This document shows positions 30,747 to 41,199 of a DNA stretch of 64,000 bases, piece after piece. The stretch covers positions 192,001-256,000 of the forward strand of contig CAWFCQ010000004.1 in assembly GCA_963814375.1 (NCBI GenBank), read 5' to 3'. Positions within the stretch are counted from its first letter, which is position 1, and the number at the start of each line of letters is the position of its first letter. Both the position numbers and the translations under genes were made by a program. The notes under the pieces are model-generated. The model was not told the origin of the DNA and did not search any database. It was given only the letters and a program-made list of their open reading frames with translations. Source of the DNA: an uncultured Chloroflexia bacterium (GTDB lineage: Bacteria > Chloroflexota > Limnocylindria > QHBO01).

Positions 30747-30956
30747 ATGGCGCCGCCGCTCGCGCTGCGGATCGGTGACCGGCTCCGCCTGCGCAAGGAG
30801 CACCCCTGTGGCAGCCGAGACTGGGATGTCGTTCGGCTCGGTGCGGACATCGGCCTGGTGTGCGAGGGCTGCGGCCACCGCATCCTGATGGACCGCCTCG
30901 ACGTCGAGCGCCGATTCACCGAGTACCTGGCGCGCGGCCCCGAGGCGGACGCGTAG
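30747..30956 (+). CDS. DUF951 protein
   Basis: LRKEHPCGS..RLGADIGLVCEGCGHRILM. Confidence 0.9.
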   Translation: MAPPLALRIGDRLRLRKEHPCGSRDWDVVRLGADIGLVCEGCGHRILMDRLDVERRFTEYLARGPEADA

Positions 30957-30959
30957 GGC

Positions 30960-32414
30960 ATGGCGCACGTCGACCTGCCATCCGACGGCGCCGGCGACTT
31001 CACCGGCGCCGGAACCGTCTTCCGGAATCGGTCGTTCGTCTTCCTCTGGTCCGCCCAGACCCTGAGCCAGCTGGCGAGCAACATGGTCCTCGCCGCGCTG
31101 ATGGCGACCGTGCACCGGTCCACGGGCGGTTCCGACACTTCCGTCGCGATCCTGCTCCTCACCTTCCTCGTCCCCGCCGTGCTGTTCAGCACGCTGGGTG
31201 GGGTGCTCGTCGAGCGCAGCAACGCACGGGTCATCATGCTCGCCACGAACATCGTCCGCGCCGTCGGCACGATCGGGTTCATCTTCGTGGCTCCCTCGAC
31301 CACCGACGCGAACGTCCCGCTCATTTACGTCATCAACTTCGGGATCGCCACGGCGACGGCCATCTTCGCGCCGGCGGAGCTCACCGCCATCCCGCGCATC
31401 GTCGACCGCCGGAACCTGATGGCGGCCAACTCGATCTTCGTCCTCACCATCAACGCGACCTTCGCGATCGGCTTCGGGTTCCTGGGCCCGCTCATCCTCA
31501 ACGTCTTCGGGTCGATCGCGGTCTACGCCGTGGTGGCGTTCATGTTCGGCGCCGCGGCGCTGGCGATCATCCCGCTGCCGGCGATCCGCCCTGACCACGT
31601 AGTCGCTTCCGCCGGCAACGCGGCCGGACGCGCCATGCAGGAGCTGTTCAGCCAGATGGGGGAGGGCGTCACCTTCGTCAGGCGCCACCACAAGATCGCC
31701 TGGAGCCTGGCCTACCTGGGCATCAGCTCGAGCCTCATCGGGGTCCTCGGCGCGATCGGTCCCGGGTTCGCCACCGACGTCCTGGGCCTGACCAGCGAGA
31801 ACTTCTTCTTCATCATGGGCCCGGCCGGGCTGGGAGCCATCCTGGGCATCCTCTTCCTCAACTCGTACGGGAAGGGCATCCCGAAGCGGCTCGTCATCGA
31901 CGTCGGCCTGGTCGCCATGGGGGTCACGCTGGTCCTTCTCGCGATCGTCAAGCCGGTGGCGAACGCGGTCGGTGGCGCGGCCACGCCGCTCGAGGAGGCG
32001 GTTCCGGCGATCGCTCCGCTCATCAGCCTGATCGCCGTGGTCGTCGTCATCGCGGTCTTCGCCGGGCTCGAATACTCGTTCGTCGCCATTCCATCGCAGA
32101 CCGCCCTCCAGGAGGACCTTCCTCCCGACGTGCGCGGCCGGATCTTCGGCATCCTCAACACGCTCCTTTCGGTCGCCTCCTTCCTGCCGGTCATCCTGGC
32201 GCCGTTGATGGCCGACATCCTCAACATCTTCTTCGAGGGCGCAGGGATCCCGGCGGTGATGGCGCTGCTCGGGCTCCTGACGCTCGGCGCGGGGATCGCG
32301 TCGTGGCGCCGCAACTCGAGCGAGGGGCTGCACAGCCACGACCGCGGCCTGCCGCCCGCGGAGGCCGTGACCGAGATCACGGCGCCAGGCGTGCCGGACA
32401 GCGATGGGGACTAG
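30960..32414 (+). CDS. MFS transporter
   Basis: FLWSAQTLSQ, FAPAE, RGRIFG; about 12 TMs. Confidence 0.9.
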   Translation: MAHVDLPSDGAGDFTGAGTVFRNRSFVFLWSAQTLSQLASNMVLAALMATVHRSTGGSDTSVAILLLTFLVPAVLFSTLGGVLVERSNARVIMLATNIVRAVGTIGFIFVAPSTTDANVPLIYVINFGIATATAIFAPAELTAIPRIVDRRNLMAANSIFVLTINATFAIGFGFLGPLILNVFGSIAVYAVVAFMFGAAALAIIPLPAIRPDHVVASAGNAAGRAMQELFSQMGEGVTFVRRHHKIAWSLAYLGISSSLIGVLGAIGPGFATDVLGLTSENFFFIMGPAGLGAILGILFLNSYGKGIPKRLVIDVGLVAMGVTLVLLAIVKPVANAVGGAATPLEEAVPAIAPLISLIAVVVVIAVFAGLEYSFVAIPSQTALQEDLPPDVRGRIFGILNTLLSVASFLPVILAPLMADILNIFFEGAGIPAVMALLGLLTLGAGIASWRRNSSEGLHSHDRGLPPAEAVTEITAPGVPDSDGD

Positions 32415-33735
32415 GGCCGTCGCCCTCTCCTTCCTCATCGTTTCGGGGCTGGTCGCGTGGATCACGATCACGGTGCCATTCGCCGCTCGCGTGCTCCAGC
32501 TCCTGATCGCGGTCTCGATTGCGTACGTGGCGTGGCTGGCGTGGAGAGGGGCGCGGGTCATGCGCCTTGCGCTGGCCGACGGTCGAAGCGGCGCGGCCGA
32601 GCCCACCGGCCGTGCGGAGGCATTGCCGTTCGTTTCGCTGGTCCTTCCTGCGCGCAACGAGGCGTCCGTGATCGCCGAGACGGTGGCCGGTCTGTGCCGG
32701 CTCCGCTACGCCGGCGCCGATGGCGAGCCTGCCTACGAGGTCCTCGTCGTGGACGACGGCTCGACCGACGAGACCGGCCGGCTGGCCACCACGGCCAGCG
32801 CCGACGCCGCTCACGTGCAGGTTCGGCGACGCGAGCCCGGTACCGGTCGTCCGACCAAGGGCAGCGTCATGGCCTGGGCCATGCCATACCTGCGCGGCGA
32901 CGTGATCGGGGCGATTGACGCCGACACGCGCGTCGAGCCGGCATTCCTCGAGCGGGCGATGCGCGCCTGGCGGCGAGACCTCGCGGCCGATGCGCTCCAG
33001 GTCGCGCGGAGACCCCGGAACGCATCGGTCTCGTGGCTGACCCGCGCCCAGGAGGAGGAGCAGCTCATGGACATCGCCTCGCAATGCGGGCGCTGGGCGA
33101 CCGACGGCACCGCCGAGCTGCGCGGGAACGGCATGTTCGTCCGGCGCGAGGCGCTCGACGCGGTCGGCGGGTGGAGCGAGCGCGCCATGACCGAGGATCT
33201 CGAGCTCTCGACGCGGATGGCGACGCACGGCCGCCACGTCACCCTCGCGCCGGAGGTGGCGGTCAACGAGGAGGCGGTCGAGACCCTCAGCGCGCTGTGG
33301 CGCCAACGGCTGCGCTGGGCAGAGGGAAGCATGCGGCGCCTGCTGGAGCATGCGCCGGGGATGCTCCTCGGCAGGCAGTCCCTCAGCCGCAAGGCCGACT
33401 TCATCGCCTTCACGGCCGAGTTCCTGGTCCCGCCGCTGTTCGCGACCACGATCGTCGCCAGCCTGCTCACCGTCCCGCTTCCACGCCCGGCGGATTGGAG
33501 CGTCCCGGCCGCGCTGTTCGCCAGCTACGGGCTCGGCGTCTTCCTGCTGGCATGCGGTGGTCTTGCGGCGACGGGGGAGCGAGGGCTTCGGATGGTCGGC
33601 CGCGCGATCCGCGGCGCCCTCTTCCTCTCGCACTGGCTGCTCGTGGTGCCCGTTGCCCTGCTCCGGATCGCGCTCGGCCCGGAGCCGAAGGGCTTCGTGC
33701 AGACACCGCGGTTCAGCGGTGGCCCGGACCGATGA
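32404..33735 (+). CDS. Glycosyltransferase family 2 (processive, membrane)
   Basis: PARNE, DDGSTD, DAD, TEDLE, QRLRW. Confidence 0.92.
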   Translation: MGTRAVALSFLIVSGLVAWITITVPFAARVLQLLIAVSIAYVAWLAWRGARVMRLALADGRSGAAEPTGRAEALPFVSLVLPARNEASVIAETVAGLCRLRYAGADGEPAYEVLVVDDGSTDETGRLATTASADAAHVQVRRREPGTGRPTKGSVMAWAMPYLRGDVIGAIDADTRVEPAFLERAMRAWRRDLAADALQVARRPRNASVSWLTRAQEEEQLMDIASQCGRWATDGTAELRGNGMFVRREALDAVGGWSERAMTEDLELSTRMATHGRHVTLAPEVAVNEEAVETLSALWRQRLRWAEGSMRRLLEHAPGMLLGRQSLSRKADFIAFTAEFLVPPLFATTIVASLLTVPLPRPADWSVPAALFASYGLGVFLLACGGLAATGERGLRMVGRAIRGALFLSHWLLVVPVALLRIALGPEPKGFVQTPRFSGGPDR

Positions 33736-35363
33736 CGGCTCCTGCCGATCTCGTCGTCGCCGGTGAGGTGGTGGTGGCGGCCGAGCCCGGCGGCCTCGAG
33801 ACCGCCGAGGCCATCGGCATTGCCGGCGGTCGTGTCGTGTCGGTCGGTGCGCGCCGGGACGTCGTGGAGGCTGCCGCTGCCGGTGCTCGCGTCGTGGACG
33901 CGGGGCGATCCGCCGTCGTGCCCGGACTGCACGACTTCCACATCCACCTCGTCGGGCTGGCACGGACCCGTGCCGGCGTCCTCCTTGATGACGCGGCCGA
34001 CGGTGGCGAGGTGGCCGATCGCGTCCGCCGGGCCGCCGAGCGCCTTCCCGATGACGCCTGGCTCACCGGGCGTGGATGGTCGGAGGCGCAGATGGCGACC
34101 ATGCCCGCGCACGCGCTCGATGCCGCGGCGGGCGAGCGGCTGGCGTTCCTCTCCAGCCATGACGGTCACTCGGCATGGGCCTCGCCAGCGGCGCGCCGCG
34201 CGGCAGGTCTATCAGCGATGACGCTGGACCCCGCCGGCGGGCGCATCGAGCGGAGCCCCGCCGGGGAGCCGTCGGGAGTTCTGCGTGAGACGGCGATGGA
34301 CCTCGTCACCGCCCACGTGCCCGAGCCACAGGCCGCGGCCCTGCGTCCGTTGCTCGACGCGACCCTGCGCGACCTGGCCGGGCTCGGCGTGACCGGGGCA
34401 TCCGAGGCGGGGGATTACACCGACGCTCACGGGGTCGGGGCCGACGCTGCCTTCGGCGACTCGTACTCGTCGCTGACCGACCTCGGCGACCTCGTCGATG
34501 GGCGGCTGCGGATGACCGTGGGCATTCCGGCAGATGCGATCGCCGCTGCCGCCGCCCGCGGGCTCCGCACCGGCGCGGCGCTTGTCGGACGCCGCACCAT
34601 GCGCTTCGGGTGGGCCAAGGAGTACGCCGACGGCGCGCTCGGGTCCGGCACGGCCGCGCTCTTCGAGCCGCGCACCTGTGATGAGCCCGACACCGGCATC
34701 CTCCGGGTCACCGACGACGAGCTCGACGCCCTCTTCAGCGCGGCGCGCCCGGCGGGCATCGGCCTGGCGATCCATGCCATCGGCGACCGCGCCGCGGCAG
34801 TCGTGCTCGACGCGGCCTCGCGCGCCGCGCCACGGACGGGCGGCGTCCCCAACGACCGGATCGAGCACGCACAGCTGCTGCGTGAGGACGAGATGGGGCG
34901 GTTCGCTGCGCTCGGCGTCACCGCCAGCATCCAGCCGATTCACGCCGCCGCGGACCGCGACCTGGTGGAGGCGTGCTGGGGTGGGCGGCAGGATTCATCG
35001 TACGCGTGGCGGTCACTTGTGCGGGCCGGCGCGCACCTGGCAGCCGGCTCCGACGCGCCGGTCGAGGCGGTCAATCCGTGGCTCGGGATCTTTGCGGCGG
35101 TCCACCGGCGGATGCCCGACGACGCGCGAGACGACTGGCGCCCGGCGCAGGCGCTGACGTTGGCCGAGGCGCTGTCGGCCTATACGCTCGGGCCGGCGCG
35201 AGCCATCGGCACCGGCGACGAGGGGCACCTGCGCGTCGGCGCGCATGCCGATCTCGCCATCCTGTCGTGCGGCCTCGACACGCTTCGCGCGGCAGACGAG
35301 CGGCTGGCCGACGTTCGCTCGACGCTCACCTTGCTCGACGGTGTCGAGGTGCCTGCCGGCTGA
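33732..35363 (+). CDS. Amidohydrolase 3 (YtcJ-like)
   Basis: [32 protein letters not shown]. Confidence 0.9.
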   Translation: MTAPADLVVAGEVVVAAEPGGLETAEAIGIAGGRVVSVGARRDVVEAAAAGARVVDAGRSAVVPGLHDFHIHLVGLARTRAGVLLDDAADGGEVADRVRRAAERLPDDAWLTGRGWSEAQMATMPAHALDAAAGERLAFLSSHDGHSAWASPAARRAAGLSAMTLDPAGGRIERSPAGEPSGVLRETAMDLVTAHVPEPQAAALRPLLDATLRDLAGLGVTGASEAGDYTDAHGVGADAAFGDSYSSLTDLGDLVDGRLRMTVGIPADAIAAAAARGLRTGAALVGRRTMRFGWAKEYADGALGSGTAALFEPRTCDEPDTGILRVTDDELDALFSAARPAGIGLAIHAIGDRAAAVVLDAASRAAPRTGGVPNDRIEHAQLLREDEMGRFAALGVTASIQPIHAAADRDLVEACWGGRQDSSYAWRSLVRAGAHLAAGSDAPVEAVNPWLGIFAAVHRRMPDDARDDWRPAQALTLAEALSAYTLGPARAIGTGDEGHLRVGAHADLAILSCGLDTLRAADERLADVRSTLTLLDGVEVPAG

Positions 35364-35433
35364 ACGTCGTTGCACCGCCGGTGACGAGTCGGATAGGATG
35401 CTCGGCGGGCGGGCAAGCGCAGCGGAGGATGCA

Positions 35434-35688
35434 GTGGCCGATCGGGACGACTCGTTCGAGGTCTCGGGCGCCGGGCGCGTCCCGGTAGGGCCGGGAAGTG
35501 ACTCGAACTTCGACTCGACCAGGCTGGACTTCGGCCATCACGCCGGCCGCACCCTCGCGGAGCTGGCCGAGACCGATCCGGACTACCTGCGCTGGCTCGC
35601 GCGCCACCCGTCAGGAGTCCGGTATCGGTCGGAGATCGCCCGCGTGCTGGCCTCGGCCGTTCCGCACGCGGGCGACTGGGAGCGCTGA
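35434..35688 (+). CDS. Small hypothetical protein (FG..G.TL.E....DPDYL.W motif)
   Basis: GGAGGA RBS and GTG; LDFGHHAGRTLAELAETDPDYLRWL. Confidence 0.7.
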   Translation: MADRDDSFEVSGAGRVPVGPGSDSNFDSTRLDFGHHAGRTLAELAETDPDYLRWLARHPSGVRYRSEIARVLASAVPHAGDWER

Positions 35689-35705
35689 TCTACTCCCCTA
35701 AGGGG

Positions 35706-36146
35706 TCAGCTCTCGGACGGCGACCCTTCGCAGCCGAGGCCGTTCGCCATCTCGCTGTGCGCGTCCCTGACGGCATCGATGCCCGGCTGGATCGTGGCGA
35801 GGGCATCCTCGATCGGCTCATCCGACGGGAAGTCGTCGATCGCCTGCGCGACCTCGTTCCACGCGGAGTCGAGCGCTGCGTCGTCGGCATCGTCGATTCC
35901 GGTGATCTCCTCGCGGACCTGGTCGAAGCTCGCCTGGACGTCCTCGCGGGCGGCCTGGACATCCTCGATGCTCGCGCTGGCGGGATCGAGGTCGGCGAGC
36001 GCCTGGAGCGATGAGTCGAGCTCGGCGAGGCTGTCGCAGACCGCGGTCTCGGCCTCGGACTGGGTCGCCTGGTTCGTGCACGCCGAGACGACGAGCATCA
36101 GCAGGACGCCGATGGTGAAGGCAGTGCGGGTGCCTATGGATCGCAT
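35706..36146 (-). CDS. Acidic helical lipoprotein
   Basis: Lipobox VSAC; GGAG RBS. Confidence 0.75.
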   Translation of the reverse strand: MRSIGTRTAFTIGVLLMLVVSACTNQATQSEAETAVCDSLAELDSSLQALADLDPASASIEDVQAAREDVQASFDQVREEITGIDDADDAALDSAWNEVAQAIDDFPSDEPIEDALATIQPGIDAVRDAHSEMANGLGCEGSPSES

Positions 36147-36260
36147 GTTCTTCTCCAGTGGGTGATGCGTTGGATACGACCGTCCCTTGCACGGTGGATG
36201 CCGTGGCGCGCCATCTCTCGAATCGTGACAGTGCCTGAGGGGACGCTATGATCCGGTAGC

Positions 36261-37511
36261 GTGATTGCCCCACCTGCGCCCCCTGCGGACCGATCCGCGC
36301 ATGCGCGCGCCGAATGGCGGCGACTTCGTGCCTGGCTTTCGACGATCTCACCCCAGGACGTCGGGCGGTCGCTGCTGGCGCTGTCGGTCGGCGGCTTCAC
36401 CTTGTGGCTCACGATCGCGACGTGGCCGGCACTCCTGCCGTTCTTCATCGGCGCGGCGCTCGCATACGCGGTCCTGCCCCTCGTCAACGCGATGGACACC
36501 GTGCTGCCGCGGTTCCTGGCCTCACTCTTCGCGATGGTCATCGTGCTCGCCGGAATCGTGGCCGTCTTCGTGATCATCCTCCCGCCCATGGCGCGCGGAG
36601 TGGGTCAGCTGGCCCAGGAGCTGCCGACTCGAGAGGAGATCGCCACGTGGATCGCGAGCGTTCAGGCCTCTCTCGGCGACCAGGGCGGTCCGGTGGCGCC
36701 GCGACTGGCGGAGCTGATGGAAGGTCTGGTTGCGGCGGCCCGGGGCGGGCTCACCGGCTCGACCGAGGATCTCGCAGAGCTGGCGCCGGCCGTGCTCCAA
36801 GGCGTCATCGGCGCTGTATCGGCCGTCCTGGGTCTCGTCGTCCTCCCGACCTGGATCCTGACCGTGGTCAAAGATCAGCGAGTGGGACGCGGCGCCATCT
36901 TCGCCGCCATGCCGGCCGCGTTTCGCGCCGACCTCTGGGCCGTCGTGCGGATGGTCGATCGCGTGGCCGCCACCTACATCCGTGGCGGGGTTCCGCTCGG
37001 GATCATGGTCGGGGTCATCATGTGGCTCGGACTCAGTGCCGTCGAGCGGCTCGGGTTCTCGGCTTTCCGCGAAGCGGGCCCGATCTCCGTTCTCGCCGGC
37101 GCCTTCCAGGTGATCCCGGAGATCGGACCCCTCATCGGCTTCCTTCCAGCGCTTCTCATCCTGCCGATCTCGGTGGAGCGTGCGGTGATCTACGTCGTGG
37201 TCTACGTCGCCAGCCGCTGGCTGGCCACGACCATCCTTGGGCGACGCGCCGCAGGCCGCAATCGCCTGCATCCGGCCATCCTCGTGCCGGCGATCGTCGC
37301 GCTGACCCAGTTCGGCCTGCTCTGGCTGTTCCTCGCCGGCCCGATGCTCGCGATCGGCTTCGACTTCGTCCGCTACGTGAACGGGCGGCTGTCCAGTCCG
37401 GCTCGACCGGCGGGGCTGATCCCCGACGAAGCGCCGGATGCGGCGTCGGCTGGCGCGGCCGCAGTTCAGCCTCTTCCGACGAGGCGTGCCCCGGTGATCA
37501 TCCATGGTTGA
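36261..37511 (+). CDS. AI-2E (PerM) family transporter
   Basis: LAYAVLPLV, YIRG, IPEIGP, LHPA. Confidence 0.85.
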   Translation: MIAPPAPPADRSAHARAEWRRLRAWLSTISPQDVGRSLLALSVGGFTLWLTIATWPALLPFFIGAALAYAVLPLVNAMDTVLPRFLASLFAMVIVLAGIVAVFVIILPPMARGVGQLAQELPTREEIATWIASVQASLGDQGGPVAPRLAELMEGLVAAARGGLTGSTEDLAELAPAVLQGVIGAVSAVLGLVVLPTWILTVVKDQRVGRGAIFAAMPAAFRADLWAVVRMVDRVAATYIRGGVPLGIMVGVIMWLGLSAVERLGFSAFREAGPISVLAGAFQVIPEIGPLIGFLPALLILPISVERAVIYVVVYVASRWLATTILGRRAAGRNRLHPAILVPAIVALTQFGLLWLFLAGPMLAIGFDFVRYVNGRLSSPARPAGLIPDEAPDAASAGAAAVQPLPTRRAPVIIHG

Positions 37512-38706
37512 GCAGACCCCGGTTGCCGCGACTCCAGCCCCTCCGCCGCCGGCACCTGCGCCCGCCCCGGTCGAGGTGCAGACGCAGCTGACTCAGGTGC
37601 GGGTGCCGCTGTCCGATGCCGCGGATGCATTCACCGTGGCGGACGCGTACGGCCGGTTCCCGATCGTCGTGCTCACCGGCGAGCGCAGCCGTATCCGCAA
37701 CGAATTCGTCGTTGCCGGCATCGGCCTGGTCCTGGCGGCACTCCTGCTCGGCGTCAACATCGCGCTGCGAGGAGGGCTGGTCGCGGCCGGCGTGGCCCTG
37801 ATCGTCCTCGGACTCTTCAGGTCATTCATCGTGCGGGTGCCGGAGGGCGCCCAGGCGCTCGCACTGCGTGCCGGGCGGTTCGATCGCGCGCTTCCCGCGG
37901 GGAACCATCTGATGTGGCCGTGGATCATGGTCAGCCATGTCGTCACGCGCCGGGAGATTCCCTTCATGGCCGCGGGATCGAGGATTCCGACGGCCGATGG
38001 CGTCGGCGTGGACGTGTCCCTCCTCGTGACATTCGCGATCCGGGACGCCGATCGGTTCGTCTTCTCGATTTCGGCCCCCGACTTCGACCTGGTGTGCACC
38101 GCCGCCAGCCAGGAGGCTCTGCGGCGCCACATTCGCGGAGTGCCGTCCGCGGAGGTGCTCGACCTGGCAGGGGAGGCATCAGACGCGCTGCGCGGAGCGA
38201 TCGCGGTGGACCTCGAGACCTACGGTGTCGTCGTCCACAAGGTCGTCGTGGTCACGGTCCGCCTTCCGGCGGAGTACATGGCCTCGCTCGAGTCTCGCCG
38301 GCTCGCGGAGGTGCAGCAGGCCGAGCAGGCCGAGCGCCACACGCTCGAGCGCCGGGTCCAGGCCGACCGCTACGACCTCCAGCGCCAGAAGGCCCAGGAG
38401 CACCGGAAGCTTATCGACATCGAGGCGGCGAACGAGGCGGCTCGTCTCGAGCAGCTCGAGGCGCGCATCGGCGCCTTCCCGCAAGCCGCCGCGTGGGACG
38501 TTGAGAGCCAGCGCATGGACATCGCCAGGACCTTGGCGGGCAACGACCACGCGATCGTGTCAGTCGGCGATCCGGCGAAGCTGGCCGATGCGCTGATCGT
38601 CGCCGCAGGCCAGAACGATCTCCCCAGATCGGCGCCGTCGGCCACGAAGAAGCCGCCAGCGCCGCGAGCCGCTCAGAAGGCGAAGGGCGACTCGACACCG
38701 ACCTGA
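37504..38706 (+). CDS. SPFH/band 7 domain protein
   Basis: Two TMs, VRVPEG, PTADGV, coiled-coil C-terminus. Confidence 0.85.
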   Translation: MVEQTPVAATPAPPPPAPAPAPVEVQTQLTQVRVPLSDAADAFTVADAYGRFPIVVLTGERSRIRNEFVVAGIGLVLAALLLGVNIALRGGLVAAGVALIVLGLFRSFIVRVPEGAQALALRAGRFDRALPAGNHLMWPWIMVSHVVTRREIPFMAAGSRIPTADGVGVDVSLLVTFAIRDADRFVFSISAPDFDLVCTAASQEALRRHIRGVPSAEVLDLAGEASDALRGAIAVDLETYGVVVHKVVVVTVRLPAEYMASLESRRLAEVQQAEQAERHTLERRVQADRYDLQRQKAQEHRKLIDIEAANEAARLEQLEARIGAFPQAAAWDVESQRMDIARTLAGNDHAIVSVGDPAKLADALIVAAGQNDLPRSAPSATKKPPAPRAAQKAKGDSTPT

Positions 38707-38826
38707 TCTGGGAGCCGATGACCTCGCGTTGATGTCCAGTGGAACACCGCAGCGAGCATTCCGGTGCCATGGGCACCTGCGTCCCAACGACGCTCTCGGC
38801 GACCGCTGACGGGAGCAGCGCAGCCG

Positions 38827-40111
38827 TTAGCGGGGAGTCGGATCGAGGGGATCGGGAAGCCCGTCGTTGTCGTCGTCCGGATCACAGGCGTCGCCGAGGG
38901 CGTCACCGTCGGCGTTCTCCTGCTGGGGATTGGGGATCAGCACGCAGTTGTCAGGCCCGACACCGAGCGCCAGGTCGGGCACACCGTCGCCGTCAGTGTC
39001 GAGCGCGACGATCGGCGTGGGGGTCGGCGCCGGAGGCTGAGGGGGCGCGGGTGTCGGGCGTGGGGTAGCGGCGGGCGGCGGCGGTGGTGCGCCGGCGGCC
39101 GGTGGCGGCGTGGCGCTTGGTCCCGGAGCCGTAGGACCGCCCGTTGAGCCACCGCCAGTCGCACCGCCTCCCGCCGTTTCCCCTGCCGCAGATCCACCGC
39201 CGTCCACCGCCGCAGTTCCACCACCGGCAGCCGTTCCACCACCGGCATTCGTTCCACCGCCTGCAGCGGTGCCGCCGCCTGCAGTCAGTCCTCCACCTTC
39301 GCCGGGGGAGCTCGCAGGAGCGGGCGTCTGGCCACCACCAGGCGATGCTTTCGGCACGTCGAAGGTCAACCGCGAGCCGCGTGGTGAGGGTGGAGTCCCG
39401 CCGAGGACGTTGCCGCCTGGAGACGCGTTTGCGCCAACTTCCGGATCGGCGACTCCGGGCCATCCCGAGCCCACGAGGGCGACCCCGACCCCGATGATGA
39501 ACAGCAACACCGCCGCCGCAGCGTAGAGTCCGCGCCGCGACCGATAGTCCTCGGCAAGGCGCGCGAGCAGTCCGGGACGGGCAGCTGACGACGCGGCCGG
39601 CAACACGATCGGAGGCGCATCCGGCGCGGGTGCAACAGCAGCCGGCTCAGCGCTCGCCGCCCGGAGCGCGACTCCGGCTGCCTGCGCGTGTCGTTGAATC
39701 CGATCTGCCAGGGGCTGTGCTCGCAACGCATTCGCACCGGAGAGCCGTGCCAGCGCCCGCAATCCGACCCGCTCCGCGACGGTGACCTTGATGGCCAGAC
39801 ACGCGGTGTCGATCCGTGGGTCGCGGTCGTCGCCGGCCGGGCTCGGCGCCACCAGGGCCCAAGCCTCCGTCGCCGCCTGCCGGAGCCTGAAGTCGGCTCG
39901 ACGAGCCGTCCTGAGGCTAGCTCCGGCGGCCGCGCCCGGTGGCGGCGGGTGCGGTCGCCGTCGCGCACACGGTGCAGCGGCTTCTCGAGGAGTTCCAGCA
40001 GCCCCGGCACACGTACAGGTTGCATTCGAGGCAGTAGTGCGCGCTCGCGAGGTCGGCAGCCACCGAAACGCCACAGGCTTCGCAGTGAATCGTGGGTACG
40101 AATTGGTCCAC
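38827..40111 (-). CDS. Zn-finger/TM/Gly-Pro linker/thrombospondin type 3 repeat protein (frameshift near 39930)
   Basis: Four CxxC pairs in one frame; helical region, TM and [33 protein letters not shown] in the next. Confidence 0.6.
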
Positions 40112-40182
40112 GGTCGCCGTAGTGCACGTTCGAGGCCTACGTGTCGCCAGGCAACATACGCCGTAAGTCGGCATCCCGCGGC

Positions 40183-41199
40183 TCAATTGCCGGCTTGGGC
40201 GAGCCAGAGCCTCGAGCTCGCGTCGCCGAGGACCTCCACGAGCAGCATCGTGGCGCCGCGGTCCTCGAGGGCGACGAACGAATGGAGCCCGGGCGCGCCA
40301 GGGAAGTCGTCGGACGCGAGCGCGTGCCGGCCGGACGCGCACGCCCACTGCACGCCGTCCGCGCTCGTTGCCGCGAGGATCTGCATTGCATCGTCCTCGC
40401 CTTCGAGCATGACCCCGAAGAAGAGCAAGTGGCCGTCATCGGTCGACAGGAGATGCGGCTCGAACATCGTTCGGGCCTCGACTCCGCAGGCGCTGGGTCC
40501 GAGGGCCTGATCGTCATCCGCTCCTTCCAGCGTGGCGGCCAACCGCGTCCAGCTGACGCCGTCGGGCGAGGCGGCCATCCCGATGCGGTTGCGGTTTGGC
40601 TGCGCGACGCCGGCTCCGCCATAGCCCATGACGTAGCCATCGGCTTCCTGGATCACGCTCGGGTGGTCGGTGATCGCGCCGTCCCATCCTTCGCCGTCCG
40701 GCTCGAGAACCGGGTACGGGTGCGCGGTCCACGGTCCATCCGGCCCGGGAGCGGTCGCGCGCCACACGATCGGATCGTTGCCGCCGGGTAGGCGGCCGCC
40801 GCCGTACATGACCCACGTGCCGTCATCGTCGATGAGCACGGAAGACGGGACCGCGCCGATGTCGTCCAGCTCGATCTCGAAGTCCGCCAGCACCGATGCG
40901 GACGGGTCGCCCGACCAGCTCCTGCCATCCTCCGAGGTGAGGTGCAGGACCCGTGGTGGCTCCGCCGGATCCGCGTAGAAGGCGACCGGGTACAGGTGAT
41001 ACGTCCCGTCGTGCACCACCCCCGCGCCGGGCAGCAGAAAGGCCGCGCCGTAGTCAGCGGGCTCGATCACAGGCTGCTCGCCCACGATGACGAAATTGAT
41101 CGCGGCTCCCGAGGACGCGGGCGAATCCACGCTCGCGGTAGGCGCCTGGCAGGCGACAACCGGCACCATGCACACCACGAAGGCCAATCGGACCTTCAC
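40183..41199 (-). CDS. Lipoprotein with five-bladed beta-propeller glycosidase-like fold
   Basis: Lipobox VVAC; repeated SxDGxxW motifs, WDG..DHPSV. Confidence 0.7.
   Translation of the reverse strand: MKVRLAFVVCMVPVVACQAPTASVDSPASSGAAINFVIVGEQPVIEPADYGAAFLLPGAGVVHDGTYHLYPVAFYADPAEPPRVLHLTSEDGRSWSGDPSASVLADFEIELDDIGAVPSSVLIDDDGTWVMYGGGRLPGGNDPIVWRATAPGPDGPWTAHPYPVLEPDGEGWDGAITDHPSVIQEADGYVMGYGGAGVAQPNRNRIGMAASPDGVSWTRLAATLEGADDDQALGPSACGVEARTMFEPHLLSTDDGHLLFFGVMLEGEDDAMQILAATSADGVQWACASGRHALASDDFPGAPGLHSFVALEDRGATMLLVEVLGDASSRLWLAQAGN

Noticed and set aside
38755-38770. sigma54-like TGGCAC site on the minus strand
   Set aside because: GG-GC spacing is 9 rather than 10, and it lies between convergent genes
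39190-39290. 18-bp tandem repeats
   Set aside because: They encode a GGGTAA low-complexity linker within a CDS
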